In this document: piece after piece, positions 48,889 to 60,430 of the stretch
Layout of the letters: each line of letters opens with the position of its first letter
Position numbering within the stretch: position 1 is the stretch's first letter
Origin: Anthoceros angustus
Taxonomy: Eukaryota; Plantae; Anthocerotophyta
Assembly (NCBI GenBank): GCA_010909165.1
Contig: MU008166.1
Coordinates: forward strand, 1,782,723 to 1,846,722
Length of the DNA stretch: 64,000 bases
Direction: 5' to 3'
Position numbers and translations under genes: made by a program
The notes under the pieces: generated by a model
Databases searched by the model: none
Seen by the model: the letters and a program-made list of their open reading frames with translations, nothing else
What the model was told of the DNA's origin: nothing

Positions 48889-48959
48889 GTCGTTGTAGTA
48901 CCGTGGTGAGTATTCCAGCCTGTCACTCTGTGACCCGAGTTCGATCCCCGGCGACGGCG
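48889..48959 (+). tRNA. tRNA-Asp(GTC)-like gene, possibly a pseudogene
   Basis: GTCGTTGTAGTACCGTGGTGAGTATTCCAGCCTGTCACTCTGTGACCCGAGTTCGATCCCCGGCGACGGCG. Acceptor and D stems pair and A/B boxes are present. Mismatches in the anticodon stem and T stem. Confidence 0.8.
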
Positions 48960-49219
48960 TCGTTGAAGAAAGGTTTCCTCGCGGAGTGGACATGTTTTAC
49001 GCTAGGTTACAACCTTCAACAGGTGCAACGGAATGATAATCTTAACTGCAACCAACTTCGTGGGACTCACACAGGTATATAAGTTGCAACTGCCACTTCC
49101 CGGGTGGATCTGCAGCAACCATCACTTCACTTACTACGTGTCCAAATGGTACTCTGCGCATGAGATGGGACTGGGCCAGCGCCCATGCACATGGCATGGG
49201 TAATTATGTACTAGCTCCC

Positions 49220-50620
49220 GTTTACGGCTGGTGCGGAATCATGCTGCAGGCTCCGCCGTGGCCACACGCAACATCTTGGTCAAAGATTGTGTCAAACACA
49301 CTGCACATTACAGTCGTGTTCGGGCCGAGCATAGGAAATGTTCTCCGTGCTTGTGGCCGTGCTGTCAAAACCATGCGTGCATCGTTCAGATCACGACATT
49401 TTGCATACCCAGATATCAGGCCTTTCCATGTCACCACCGGTACCGGGAAGACTCCCAGGCGGCTTCTGTTCCAATCTGGTGCCCAAGGACGGGCATCCCG
49501 TCGTCTGGAATGTTTCAGACTGCTCAATGAATGGGTCAAACAAACATGACACCGCACATTCGGACTGAAGAGGTGCATTCAGGCCCAGGGCTCAAAGGCG
49601 GCCTGAGGGGACGTTCAGAGTCTACTGTATGAGAACATGACCCCAGCTGTTTGAGACTGAGATCATGTACTCGTCCCCCTACAAAGGGTGTGGTACCGGT
49701 GTGGATCGTTGGAAAATGGTGGATCGTAGAACATGAAATCAAGCCATTCCTTGTTACCGCGTGGTTTGTGGCCATTCTACCAGGCCTGCTGCTCGGGGAC
49801 GTTTGGGAGAGCTATGAATCCTCACTCTCGCCAAATGCAGGTAGGGGCAGGGACCACCTCAATGTGCCTACAACTGTACATGCTGAGATGTAGCAAACAT
49901 CAGGAACAGTGAGGTCACATAAAATGTTGCAAGAGACAGAAGCGGACAAGCTAAATCTCTTGTCTCCATGACAGAGCCATTACCAACATCCAAAGGTGTG
50001 ACGCAAAACAGGGGCAGACGCTATCTGCAGAATTCTTCACACCTCCTGTTTTGTCTGCATGCACACATGGCGTGCACTTTTCAGTTCACCACATGTTGCA
50101 TACCTAGAGATCAGGGTCCTAGTACATGCAAAACATGATCAGCTAAGTGAGGCCGTCCTGTTTAATTTGTCCGTATCACAACAAGCGCATCACGTCTGGG
50201 CCCCTAGTAAACATACCCAACAATCAGGCTATTCCTTCTCACCACGTCCTTTGACGATGGCTTGCTGTCAAACACCTGCCGTGCATCTTTCAGCTCACCT
50301 GACGTGCATACCAAGATATCCGGGCATTCCATGCCATCACATCCCTTCGTGCGTCTTTCAGTTCACTACATGCTACATATGTACCTTATAAGACATCAGG
50401 GCATTCAGTGTCCCCACATCCCTTGTAGCCGTGCTGTCAAAAACCCGGTGTCCACCTTTCAGTTCGAGACACTTTTCGTTCATGGGCATTCCATGTCACC
50501 ACATTTCTTGTGTTCATGCTGTCAAAAACCTGGCCCGTATCTCTCGGTTCATCACATTTCGCATATCCCGGTATCTGGGCATTCCATGTCACCTCATCCT
50601 TTGTGGCCATGATGTGAGAA
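49220..50620 (-). pseudogene. PLS-class PPR gene remnants
   Basis: VVTWKGLISGYAKCRDLNDARMVL, EVTWNAQIPGYAKC...VFDSMNTRNVVTWNA. No continuous ORF. Confidence 0.8.
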
Positions 50621-50908
50621 GCCTGGCTGAGTAAAGCACTTATAGAGAAACCTGCAGCAGCTGAGTAAAGCACCTATGGAGAAAGCTGAGTAAAGCATCT
50701 GTATAGAAACCTGCAGCACCCTAAAGAATTCACAGTGAAGAGAAGGAATTGAAGCTGGACAGATGGAAGTGTACAGGGGAAAGAAGAAACTGAAGGTGGG
50801 CACACTTAACACTGATTTCCGGCAACTTCTGACAAATGTACGTGACTCTACAATTGCATAAATTGTAGCGAGCAAACTTCATGGTCTTCAGGCCACGGAT
50901 TCAGAGCT

Positions 50909-51900
50909 CTATGGTACGGCATATTTGTTTGGCTTGAAAGTGAGGAGCTTAACATGTGGAAACGTAGGGCATCGAGGCTTCTTCCAAGGGCAGTCGTCCA
51001 ACAAATGCCAGGGCCGTTCGACACAATCGAACAGCACTAGTCTATTGCAACGGTCCCCTCCATCAGAGCAGAAGTAGATACAGCCTTCAGCATCCAGGAT
51101 GGTGAAATCTTTGCTGGACAGAGATTTGGAGAATTTTTCTTGGCGCATGATCTCTACATTCTCAGCCGGCAATTTGAGACAAAAAAAGCCATCTTGCCTT
51201 TTCGGTGGCGGAGCCACGCCCTACACACTCCCAAACTTCCACGAGACTGATACGCGGTTCAACCTCTAAGTCATCAGAATCGTCCGTCTCGTCTTCTTCG
51301 GCCATATCGGTTGCGTCCGTCCCGTCTTGAGACGACTGATTGAGCTTGAGCTTCTCACGCGGTGGAGCTTGTAATTCATCGGAATCGTCCGTCTGCTCTT
51401 GTTCGGTTGAGTCACAGAGAAGGATTGGGTGTACGTGTCCGCTGGCTGTGACAACTATCAAAACCCTGTCGCCACATCCAACCAGAGTCACGTTCAAGCA
51501 CTCTCTTAGGCCCTCTGGCGATAGCAATCCACTCCTCCACTTCAAGATCGAATCTCCAGATGCTGCAAGTATGAATCGTCCAGGACTTTCTAGAGCTATG
51601 ACCACCTTGGAAGAGACAGTATAATCTTCCTCCCGAGCAAGACCTCCTGATGCTCACAATGCGCTGAAATGGGTCTGCCAATTCAGGCCAAGGAGTGCAC
51701 ATCGTCCAGGATGCCAGCCTAGAATGGAAAATGGCCAGCCTCGGCTTCTCTGCCCCGAAAAACAGCAAAGTGCTGTACTCTTGGGCCGCGTTGCTGTCGT
51801 CCTCGGACTGAACCATCTTCATCACTGTGAGCGCTTTATTCGAGCCCGTTATAGCGCAAGGAATGCTGCCTCCACAGCATCCCAACGGCGCCGTTCACCA
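50909..51900 (-). pseudogene. F-box/kelch-like beta-propeller C-terminal region, frameshifted, F-box absent
   Basis: GGRLYCL...IWRFDLEVEEW, TLVGCGDRVLIV, VEVWE, GCIYF...LVLFDCVERPWHLLDDCP...TFKP spread over three frames. Confidence 0.6.
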
Positions 51901-51924
51901 AAATCTCCATAATTCCAGCCTATG

Positions 51925-52385
51925 CGCTGAAGCAGACATACAAGATGTTCACGGCCTTTCTCTTCATAACCATCAGGTTGACGCATGTATATCTCCTCTT
52001 GCAGCTTGCCATAAAGAAATGTCGTTTTGACATTGAACTGTACCACCTCCCAATCGTGATACGTAGCACAGGCGAGAATAACACGCAATGAACTAGTTTG
52101 GACAATGGGGGAGAAGAGATTATCTGCATCATAATCGTCCCCTGCACGTTGACTGTAACCTTGTGCCACAAGCCTCGCCTTGTAGCGGTCTATGGTGCCA
52201 TTGGCAGTGTACTTTATCTTGAATGTCCACTTGCTGCCGACCGCAGACTTGCCAAGTGGTAGGTTGAAGAGGCGCCATGTGTTGTTGGCCTGTAGTGACT
52301 GGAACTCGTCGTCAACGGCTGTCTTCCACTCTGCTGCTTGTGGCCCGGACAGGGCGGTGGTAAGTGTGGTAGGCTCTAAGACTTC
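51925..52385 (-). mobile_element. Ty1/copia RT N-terminal fragment (different family from 470-6900)
   Basis: EPTT...EWKTAVDDEFQSLQANNTW...KWTFKIK...YKARLVAQGYSQ...NVKTTFLYGKLQEEIYMRQPDG. Confidence 0.9.
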
Positions 52386-53347
52386 CGAAGTGGAAAGCAA
52401 GCTTCTTCTTGCATCGTTGCCTTCGATTCTGTGACATTTGTATGCCTCCTGCAGGCATGTGCAAGTGTGGGGAGCCCGGCATTGGAGAAGACGAAGCAGC
52501 TTCATGCACAGGTCAGGGAACTTTGAAAAGATGTGGAGACATGGACAGATATGATAGCAGGGTAGCACAACATGGGCGTGGTCATGAAGCCCTGAGTGAG
52601 AATGCAGCAGGAGGGCGTCACTCCAGCTAATCTTCTTACGTTTGTGTGCCTCCTGAATGCATACATGTGCCACGATCAGATCTTAGAACCCTAAACCCTG
52701 TGCAGGGAGTTGCACATAACGTCTTCAAGTAACAAGTGAGCAGTGCCAGCATTGCATGGCTGTGGGCGGGATGTCTGACAACAGCACAACGTGCACCAAA
52801 ACTCAGTTACAAATTGAACCTGCAATGATTGGCCCTGCATACTCTTGCACATACAGAGAGCAAAACTGCAAATGCTGGAAAGACTGCAAAAAGCTGGAGA
52901 CGATTGTGGCTGCACCGAGGGAAGAGCCTGTATGTTCCTGAGAAGCAACGAAGCTAAAAACTCCTGGGGCTAGCTGTGTCGGCAATCTTCAGAAAATGCC
53001 TCCCGCCAGTCCTGGGCTTCCTGAAGGATTGTGACTAGATGAAACATTCCCACAGCGTGAGGTGATGCCAAGGCAAGGGGAACATCAACATCATACAAGT
53101 GTGCAACATGTGGTGCACCATTGCACCAGCAGCTGGGCCCTGCACACTGTTTTCAAAAGGAGGCAAGGGAGGTTTGGCTCTGGAACAGAAACGGCACGTC
53201 TCTGCTCCTTTTAATTTCTTCCCAAAGAACAGGAAAGTCACGTTCCACAACTCATTGGACTTACGTTTCAAACGTTCGTCCTTCCCGCCGGGCTGCCTGG
53301 CTTCTCTTCAAACCGGCCTCCCAAACGCTTGGGTTTGCTCTCTCCCG

Positions 53348-55531
53348 ATGCGGCCTAGTCGGCCCTGGCGCCGGGCCGGGCACGGCATGATGAAAATCGA
53401 CCAGAGAATAGCCAGAACCTGGTCCGAGCTTCGCCCACACTGCGTCATAGGGCATCCGCCAAGCCGCAGCGAGCTCGGGACCCGTCCCGTTGCCCAGTCC
53501 GTGATGCAACGGCTTCTCGGTTTTCTGATGCCCAGTTGCTGGAATTACCCCAACAAGAGCTGGATTCGGAAGGAGCATCCGACCCTAGGACAGCATTTCC
53601 GGTTGTGGAGCAGTCGGGCACTGGGGTGAAGGTCTGCATCTAATTTCGACTCGTCTGAACAGTCTTCGCTTATCTTGCGTCCCTCAGGCAGGCTTTCCTT
53701 CTGTGCAGGTGGTTGTGTGAGTGAGGCCTTTGAATCGCAGTGGACGAGATCCGCAGTCCCTGAGGATCTCCTCGAAGACTGTGTGCTTGGCTAACCAGAC
53801 GTTCACCTTCGATGCCGTTGCTGGTCCTGAGGCCACCCAGGAATCGATTTTCGAAGTGATTGGGTTGCCGATGGTGGAGAGTTGTATTGCGGGGATAAAC
53901 AGCTCCATCTTCGCTTATGGGCAGACCGGAAGTGGGAAGACGTATACGATGTGGGGAGCGACAGACGACCCTACGGGCCCTAGTGAATCCAGAGACGTAG
54001 CTCCCAGGCTTTTCGAGAAGCTCTTCTCCAGGATTGAGGAGGTGGGTGCAGTTACAGTGCCACCGTAATCGATGGTGGGAGTGTGTCTGAGACCTTTCGT
54101 TTCCGCGAGCAGGAGGAGGCGAAGAATGTCCAGCTGTGCCACCATTGCACCTGCTCGTTCCTGGAGGTAAACAAGACAATTTCTTTACTATGTCTGGCAC
54201 TTCCTCATCACAAGCCGTTATAATTTTACTGAACAGTCTCCTCCTAGCCTGCAGATGTACGGGGAGCAAATTTCCGATTTGTTAGAGCATTCACACGAAA
54301 ATCTACAGGCAAGTGGACTTCCTACTGCTACTGCTGAATCCGTCAAGCTCAAGGTGGCCCTCGTGCTTGCTAAAGGCATATGGATGTTTATCCCCTGATC
54401 AGGGAAAAAGGCAAGACTCTGTATGTTGAGAATCTGACCCAGCAAAACGTATCAGCTGTAGATGACATAAGGCTGTTACTTCTCAAGGTAGTCTGACTGT
54501 TATTCGCAATTTGCGCCTGTGAACTCTACTTGGTCTTGAAACATTCAGACGATGATGAAGTTTCTGTCACGTGGGCACTGGCCAACAGAAGGGTGGGATC
54601 GACCATGATGAACAGTGAGAGCTCAAGGTCTCACTGTGTCTTCACCTTTGTTATTGAGTCTAAGGTGAGATCCAAACGTGTTGTATTGTTGCCTCGTGTG
54701 TGCATCTTTCAAACAGTCTGCACCACTTGCTGAAGAATCGTGTGCACAGAACTCGGCGCAACGGGTTAGTTGTGTTACAAGGACTAGAAGGTTAAACCCT
54801 GTTGACCTTGCTGGATCCGAACGCCAAAAACAATCAGGGGTTGCTAGGGAGCGGCTGGAGGAGGCAGGCAATATCAATCGCTCCCTGTCTCAACTTGGGT
54901 ATGTCGCAACCCCTTGGCAACCCGGTTCCTCTACTGGGGATGATCTGAACATATTGCGTGTCTGGCAGGAATGTGATCAGCATTCTTGCTGAAGTTTCCG
55001 TGGGTGGCAAGCAACGGCACGTACCCTATCGAGACTACTTTGCTTCGTGAGCAGATCCGGCAACTCAAGGTGAGTCACCTTGGGAGGGCAACCTTACTAC
55101 GTGTGTATGTCATCCTTGGGTATAGCTATGTTCATGCCAGAATCTATGTATTTGCAGGAGGAGATTCTGCTCGTCAGAATGAATACTAGAGACGACGCTG
55201 TCAAAAGGACCGACATGAACTTCCGTCTGCAGAGCCACAGGCTTCGGGTACGGAGAGCCACAATGTCGTAGCAAAGCCTATGGCTGTGATAGATGATGCA
55301 CGCACATCCTCGACAGATTGTTCTGAAAACTTGCAGGTTTCAGACTTATCAGTGGAGAAGGATGTGCTTGCTTTAACGCCACCATCAACGGCGGTGCCAG
55401 CCAGGAATAACAAGTGTAAGCCCAAGCTGCTGTGTCCATCCGTGATAGTCCTCGCCGACTCGCCAGAGCCTGAGGGACAGCCTGGAAGCTCTGCCAGGAA
55501 CCCTATCGACCTCACCGAACCCTGGTGGTAG
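53348..55531 (+). pseudogene. Kinesin-12 (KIF15/PAKRP/POK-like) pseudogene with introns
   Basis: GVK|VVV*VRPL (TGA at 53718-53720), FTFDAVA, P-loop AYGQTGSGKTYTMWG, switch I NSESSRSH, switch II VDLAGSERQK, NINRSLSQLG, HVPYRD joined directly to LLREQIRQLK. Confidence 0.85.
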
Positions 55532-56040
55532 AGGTGCAGAGTTCATAGCTGCACCGGAGGTAGCACAGGCGGACCATTTCGAAGAAAAGGGACTGGCCAG
55601 AAAGAATACGACAGAGCAGGTGATCACGGAAGGTATTCGGAGATTGTCGCAGGAGATGCTGCAGATTATGGACTGAGTTCTATGTTGAGTATCCGTTTGC
55701 GTTCTTGACTGCCAAGTTATCGAGTTTCAGCCCGAGATTCAGACCTTGTGGAGGGAAGGGAAGCATTTGTATTCTCTGCTACAACGACTCTGAATTCTGC
55801 AGCACATCAACAGCCAAGCTCATCATGTCTGAACATTTCCTTTCTATTGTCCTATCTTTCTTGCTTTCTTTCTTTCTAAATTTGGTATTTTGAAAATAAA
55901 TCAAAACAAACCCGGGGGACAAATCTTCAGGGAGGGTTGTGATTCCCCTATGCTACACATCATGTTATCGCATCAGAGAGAGACAGTGCTCTTCCCAAGG
56001 TCATATGAATACGTGCCTAGATACCATCGCAGGATCCTAC

Positions 56041-59034
56041 CTATCTTTCTATTGTACAGATATCAAGTGTCCAGTGTTGAGAAACCTGTAAGCAACAACC
56101 AGTGTCAAGTGTTGAGAAACCTGTAAACAACGAAGGACTCATTTTTTCAGCCACGCCGCAGTCGGCTGACTCCGACGGTGTGCCAGCTTCTGCTTTGAAA
56201 GAGCAGAGTAATTCGTCGGTACATAAATCCATGAGCACCTCCTTCATGGTTGGTCTATCTTTGGATTGGAACTTGAGACAACGGACAGCAAGTCTGCAGA
56301 CCTTCTGGATTGACTCCTTCCCATCCCTGGTGTGGAAGGTACCTGAAATGTCAGGATCAATGATCTCTGTCAGCTTACCAGCACTTATCCGGGAGACCGC
56401 GAAGTTGATGAGGCTGGCTTCCGGCCCTTCCCCTCTGGTGATATCCACCACAGCCTTCGCAGTTACCAGCTCTAGCAGCACCACCCCGAAGGCATACACA
56501 TCGCTTTTGTCTTTGAGCATGGAGCTGAGGACCGACTCCGGGTCCATGTATCCAAAGGTTCCTTGGAACGAAAGAGCTGTGATGTGGGTGGCATCTATAT
56601 TTGGAGCCAGCTTGGAGATGCCGAAATCTGCTACCTTTGCATCCAGGTTGCTGTCCAGGAGGATGTTTGCCGACTTGACATCCAGGTGGTAGACTGGTGG
56701 GTTTGCCGAGGAATGAAGGTAGTCCAGAGCATCTGCTGTCTGCACAGCAATGCGAAGGCGCTGAGTCCAGGTCAGTGAAGCCTCCCCTCTCTTCCTCCGA
56801 AGATGGTCCTGAAGTGTGCCGTTGGGGACATACTCGAATACAAGCAGTGCTGCCTTGCTGGACAGGGAGCAGCCCAAGAGGCGGACCAGGTGTCGGTGAT
56901 GCACCTGGGACAGGATCTTCACCTCGTTCAGAAACTGGCATTTGTCCTCGCTGGTTCCTACTCGATTGCTCCTCTTTATGGCCACCACGGTTCCATCGGT
57001 GAGAGTCCCAGAGTAAACTGTTCCGAATCCTCCCTGCCCGATCTGACACTTGTCTGAGAAATTGTCTGTAGCCTTTCTGAGATCCCGCAGAGACATTATA
57101 GTGGCAGTGTCCCTGTCTAGCAAGGCCGCTATCAACTCCGCATCCTGCTTGTGCTGTTTTGCGTACTTCATCCACCTCCACACGAGAAGCACACAGCTTC
57201 CAGCAGACACCACTAAGCACACAGTGCAGATCGTGAAAATCACCCAAAGACGATGTGAGCCAGCGGGAAGGTCAGAGCAAGCCTCCAGAGGGCCACCGCA
57301 AAGATCTTCGTTGCCAGCCACGACCACAACCGTGTGCTCAGGGAAGGCTGGCAGTTGTCCAGAGAGATTGTTGAAGGATACATCCAAGAATATCAAGCCT
57401 GGCATCCCGGTGAAGCTGCTGGCAACTTTTCCGCTAAGCCGATTGTGCGAAAAGTCGATGTGCTTCACGGAAGGGAGGAGACTGTCAGTGAAGGAATCCG
57501 ACGAGATATTCCCCACCAAATTGCAGTTGCTCAAATCCAGGATCTGCAGAAAATCCATTTTTCCTACTCTCGTCGGCAGCAGACTGGTTGCAAGATCGTT
57601 GTTGCCCAAACGAAGCTCCTTCAGGTTGAGATAGTGATCGAATATGCTTTGCAAGTCGTCATCACCACCTTCGATAGCGCTGTTCCAGCTCAGAGAATTC
57701 CTGCTCAGGTCCAGAACCTCGATCTGGCTCCACTGTAAAGTATCATTTGGCAGAATCGACCCGTTTAAGGAGTTCCCTTGTAGACGAAGTTGTCTCAAAT
57801 TCCGCATGAAGTTGGGATTATCGTTGTCCACAGGAATGGGTCCCTGCAGACGATTGTTGGATAAATCCAGGACAGTCAGCGTACTTAACTGAAACAGAGA
57901 GAGTGGAAGCTCTCCTTCCACTCTGCTCTGGCTGAGATCGATGATCTGCAGAAGAGGGAAACAAACATCATCAAATGACTCCAGGTCTTGGATTTCCACT
58001 GTCAAATTGTTGCCGCCCAACCGAAGCTCCACCAAGCTTTGAGATCCTTTCTCCAGCATGTTGCATATGCTTCCACTCAGGCGGTTGTTCTGAAGGCACA
58101 AGTTAACCAAGGTGCTGGACATGTTAGCAAGGCCGCTGTCAGGAATATTGCCATCTAGCTGGTTGTTGCTCAAGTCGAGATGCTGCATCGTCGGGGCTGT
58201 GGAATTCAGAGGGATGATGATCGAGCCCGTTAACGCATTCCCTGACAAGTTCAGATACGACGCCCCTAGCAACAGATCTTGAGGAATGCTGCCTGTCAGC
58301 TGGTTACCAGAAAGGTCTAGCGTAGAAGGGACATTTAGCCAGGGTCCTACGGGAAGACCGCCTGTGAAGTTGTTCGCAGCAAGATTCAAGAACGAAACCA
58401 TCGACACGTTCGAGATTCCAACTGGCAGTGGTCCCCCTAGTTGATTACCAGAAACATCCAATAGCACAAGCTGCGACCATGGCAGGGAGCTTGGAAGTCC
58501 TCCAGTGAGGTTGTTTGCATGGACATCAACCCAAATTAACTTTGCCTGCCCCGGAAAGTTCGGAAAACTTCCAGTGAGCTTGTTGCTGAAGAGATTCAGC
58601 ACCCACAGACTGGCGGGCAGGATGGGAATGGTCCCAGTCAGGAGATTCGAGTTCAGATGCAATTCCTGCAGGGACTGCAGAGAGCTGATGTTCTCTGGAA
58701 TGGCACCAGACAGGGAGTTGCCGGATAAATCCAGGACCAGAAGGCTCTTCAGAGCAGTCAGGCTACCTGGGATTGTTCCCGACAGAGAGCAGGAAGGGAG
58801 CTCCAGACGCTGGACTGCGATGGCATTTTCTTCGCAAGTCACACCATACCAGTGACAATAACTCTCGGCACTCTCATCCCAGGTGCTCAGGCGTCCTCGT
58901 GTATCAATCACATGTGCTTTGAACTGTATCAGAGTCTGGCCATCTGGAGGGAGACCCACTGCTGTACGGCACAGGCACACGAGAAACACCAACAGCATCC
59001 AGACCCAGGATGCAGTCGATGGCATTGAGTCCAT
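56041..59034 (-). CDS. Intronless LRR receptor-like kinase (20 LRRs, TM, non-RD Ser/Thr kinase). The ORF is open to 59178; the likely start is 59034 or 59025.
   Basis: Signal peptide, LRRNT (W...CHWYGVTC), 20 LxLxxNxLxG repeats, GNEDLCG cap, TM WVIFTICTVCLVVSAGSCVLLVW, GQGGFGTVY, VAIK, HLDVKSANILLD, DFG, GTFGYMDPE. Confidence 0.96.
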   Translation of the reverse strand: MDSMPSTASWVWMLLVFLVCLCRTAVGLPPDGQTLIQFKAHVIDTRGRLSTWDESAESYCHWYGVTCEENAIAVQRLELPSCSLSGTIPGSLTALKSLLVLDLSGNSLSGAIPENISSLQSLQELHLNSNLLTGTIPILPASLWVLNLFSNKLTGSFPNFPGQAKLIWVDVHANNLTGGLPSSLPWSQLVLLDVSGNQLGGPLPVGISNVSMVSFLNLAANNFTGGLPVGPWLNVPSTLDLSGNQLTGSIPQDLLLGASYLNLSGNALTGSIIIPLNSTAPTMQHLDLSNNQLDGNIPDSGLANMSSTLVNLCLQNNRLSGSICNMLEKGSQSLVELRLGGNNLTVEIQDLESFDDVCFPLLQIIDLSQSRVEGELPLSLFQLSTLTVLDLSNNRLQGPIPVDNDNPNFMRNLRQLRLQGNSLNGSILPNDTLQWSQIEVLDLSRNSLSWNSAIEGGDDDLQSIFDHYLNLKELRLGNNDLATSLLPTRVGKMDFLQILDLSNCNLVGNISSDSFTDSLLPSVKHIDFSHNRLSGKVASSFTGMPGLIFLDVSFNNLSGQLPAFPEHTVVVVAGNEDLCGGPLEACSDLPAGSHRLWVIFTICTVCLVVSAGSCVLLVWRWMKYAKQHKQDAELIAALLDRDTATIMSLRDLRKATDNFSDKCQIGQGGFGTVYSGTLTDGTVVAIKRSNRVGTSEDKCQFLNEVKILSQVHHRHLVRLLGCSLSSKAALLVFEYVPNGTLQDHLRRKRGEASLTWTQRLRIAVQTADALDYLHSSANPPVYHLDVKSANILLDSNLDAKVADFGISKLAPNIDATHITALSFQGTFGYMDPESVLSSMLKDKSDVYAFGVVLLELVTAKAVVDITRGEGPEASLINFAVSRISAGKLTEIIDPDISGTFHTRDGKESIQKVCRLAVRCLKFQSKDRPTMKEVLMDLCTDELLCSFKAEAGTPSESADCGVAEKMSPSLFTGFSTLDTGCCLQVSQHWTLDICTIER

Positions 59035-59612
59035 CTGGATGTCCAACGGCCTTCTCCAGAATGCAGCCCCAACTTTCTCAGTGTGCACTCTGCTGCAATG
59101 CTCCCCCTGAAGCAAGGCTAATATCGGTGCCGGCCATGCTACTTGTTCGGACATCCTCGACGTTCTCCCTTGCGCCACATGGCGCTGCTTCGGTCACCCC
59201 TAGGACAAAGCTGTCTCCCACATCTTGGATCCCTATTCCGGTTGTTTTCACTGTGAAGCAGCAAGCTGGAGCCCTCCCTTACTTTGATGTCTTCAGGACA
59301 GCAATCTTATATTGCTTGCTTGTGTTATACGGCTTCAGCAACCAACACCTCCCATGGCGTCACCACCTGCTCTTAACCTCCACTACCTTTCCTGCTTCTC
59401 TGAACACGGTTTCTTGGATTCCACTCCATTCTGGACCAGCCCTTGCTTGTGGCTGCCATGCATACACGGTTTCATGGATTCCACTCCAATCTGGCCCTTG
59501 CTTGTGGCTGCATGTAATTGGATGCCACTCCTTTCTGGTCCATTCTTGCGGCTGCATATACTTTTTATTGCGAAAGGAGAAGCCGAATGTACGTTTTAAA
59601 GTGAGATAGTTC

Positions 59613-59650
59613 TTTATTGAGGTGAAAAAAACGATGGGAAGAGCCCTTCC
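59613..59650 (-). mobile_element. Extreme 3' terminus of the CRE family
   Basis: TTTATTGAGGTGAAAAAACGATGGGAAGAGCCC matches 25125-25157. Confidence 0.7.
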
Positions 59651-59739
59651 ATGTGGCTAGGCCTAAATATCGGTTCGCCAGGGTACGGCTGGCGAACCGA
59701 CATGCCATGCCAAACAAGCCCAGATCCTCATGTTCCATC

Positions 59740-60187
59740 GACTCAATCAAGGCTGATTCTAGCCTGTTCAATATGTAGTTTCTCAGTGTGACCACACCAA
59801 GTAACCGCCCTCCCACCACCACTTCCTAGGACTCCCCTCTTGTGCGTGGATACTAGGCGAGGTAAGAGGAGCTCTCGCTCGCCTGACATTCGGTGCAAGG
59901 AGTCCGGTGAGGTCCTCTGGTTGAACAACATGTTCAAGCCAGCTTGGGTGAATGAGAGTATTGGCAGCCTTGTGTCCAAATGGCTTAGGCCAAATGGAGA
60001 CATTTATAAGAACGCCGTGATTAAGCATCCTGAGCTTAGATCGGTACTTAGATGGGGTGCCTAAAGGGAGTGGATGCCCTTGGTGCAAGTAGCTTAGGCA
60101 CACCATGGTACAAGTTGTCTAAGTACCACGTCCCATGACGGAAATCCGTCCTTAGTGGACTCAAATAAAATTCTTCTTCTTCTTCTT
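59740..60187 (+). mobile_element. RTEX/RTE-like LINE 3' fragment with (TTC)n tail
   Basis: LCVDTRRG....DIRCK resembles the L.IE.GRW...R.C motif. Ends CCTTAGTGGACTCAAATAAAA(TTC)5. Confidence 0.55.
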
Positions 60188-60430
60188 GGCATCAGCAAAG
60201 TCAGCTGTGACCAATGAACGAGATCTCCGACTAGGGCTGCCTTCACACTCCAATGTTTTGTGAGGGACATCTTCAACAACTGGAGGGTGTAAGGACGGAC
60301 TCAAATAAAATTCTTCTTCTTCTTCTTGGCATCAGCAAAGTCAGCTGTGACCAGTGAACGAGATCTCCGACTAGGGCTGCCTTCACACTCCAATGTTTTG
60401 TGAGGGACATCTTCAACAACTGGAGGGTGT
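60157..60430. repeat. 140-bp-period tandem duplication
   Basis: 60157-60290 is repeated at 60297-60430 with one substitution. Confidence 0.95.

Noticed and set aside
53718-53720. TGA in kinesin as a U-to-C RNA editing site
   Set aside because: Such editing is organellar. The locus is nuclear and has other lesions, so CpG deamination is the simpler explanation.
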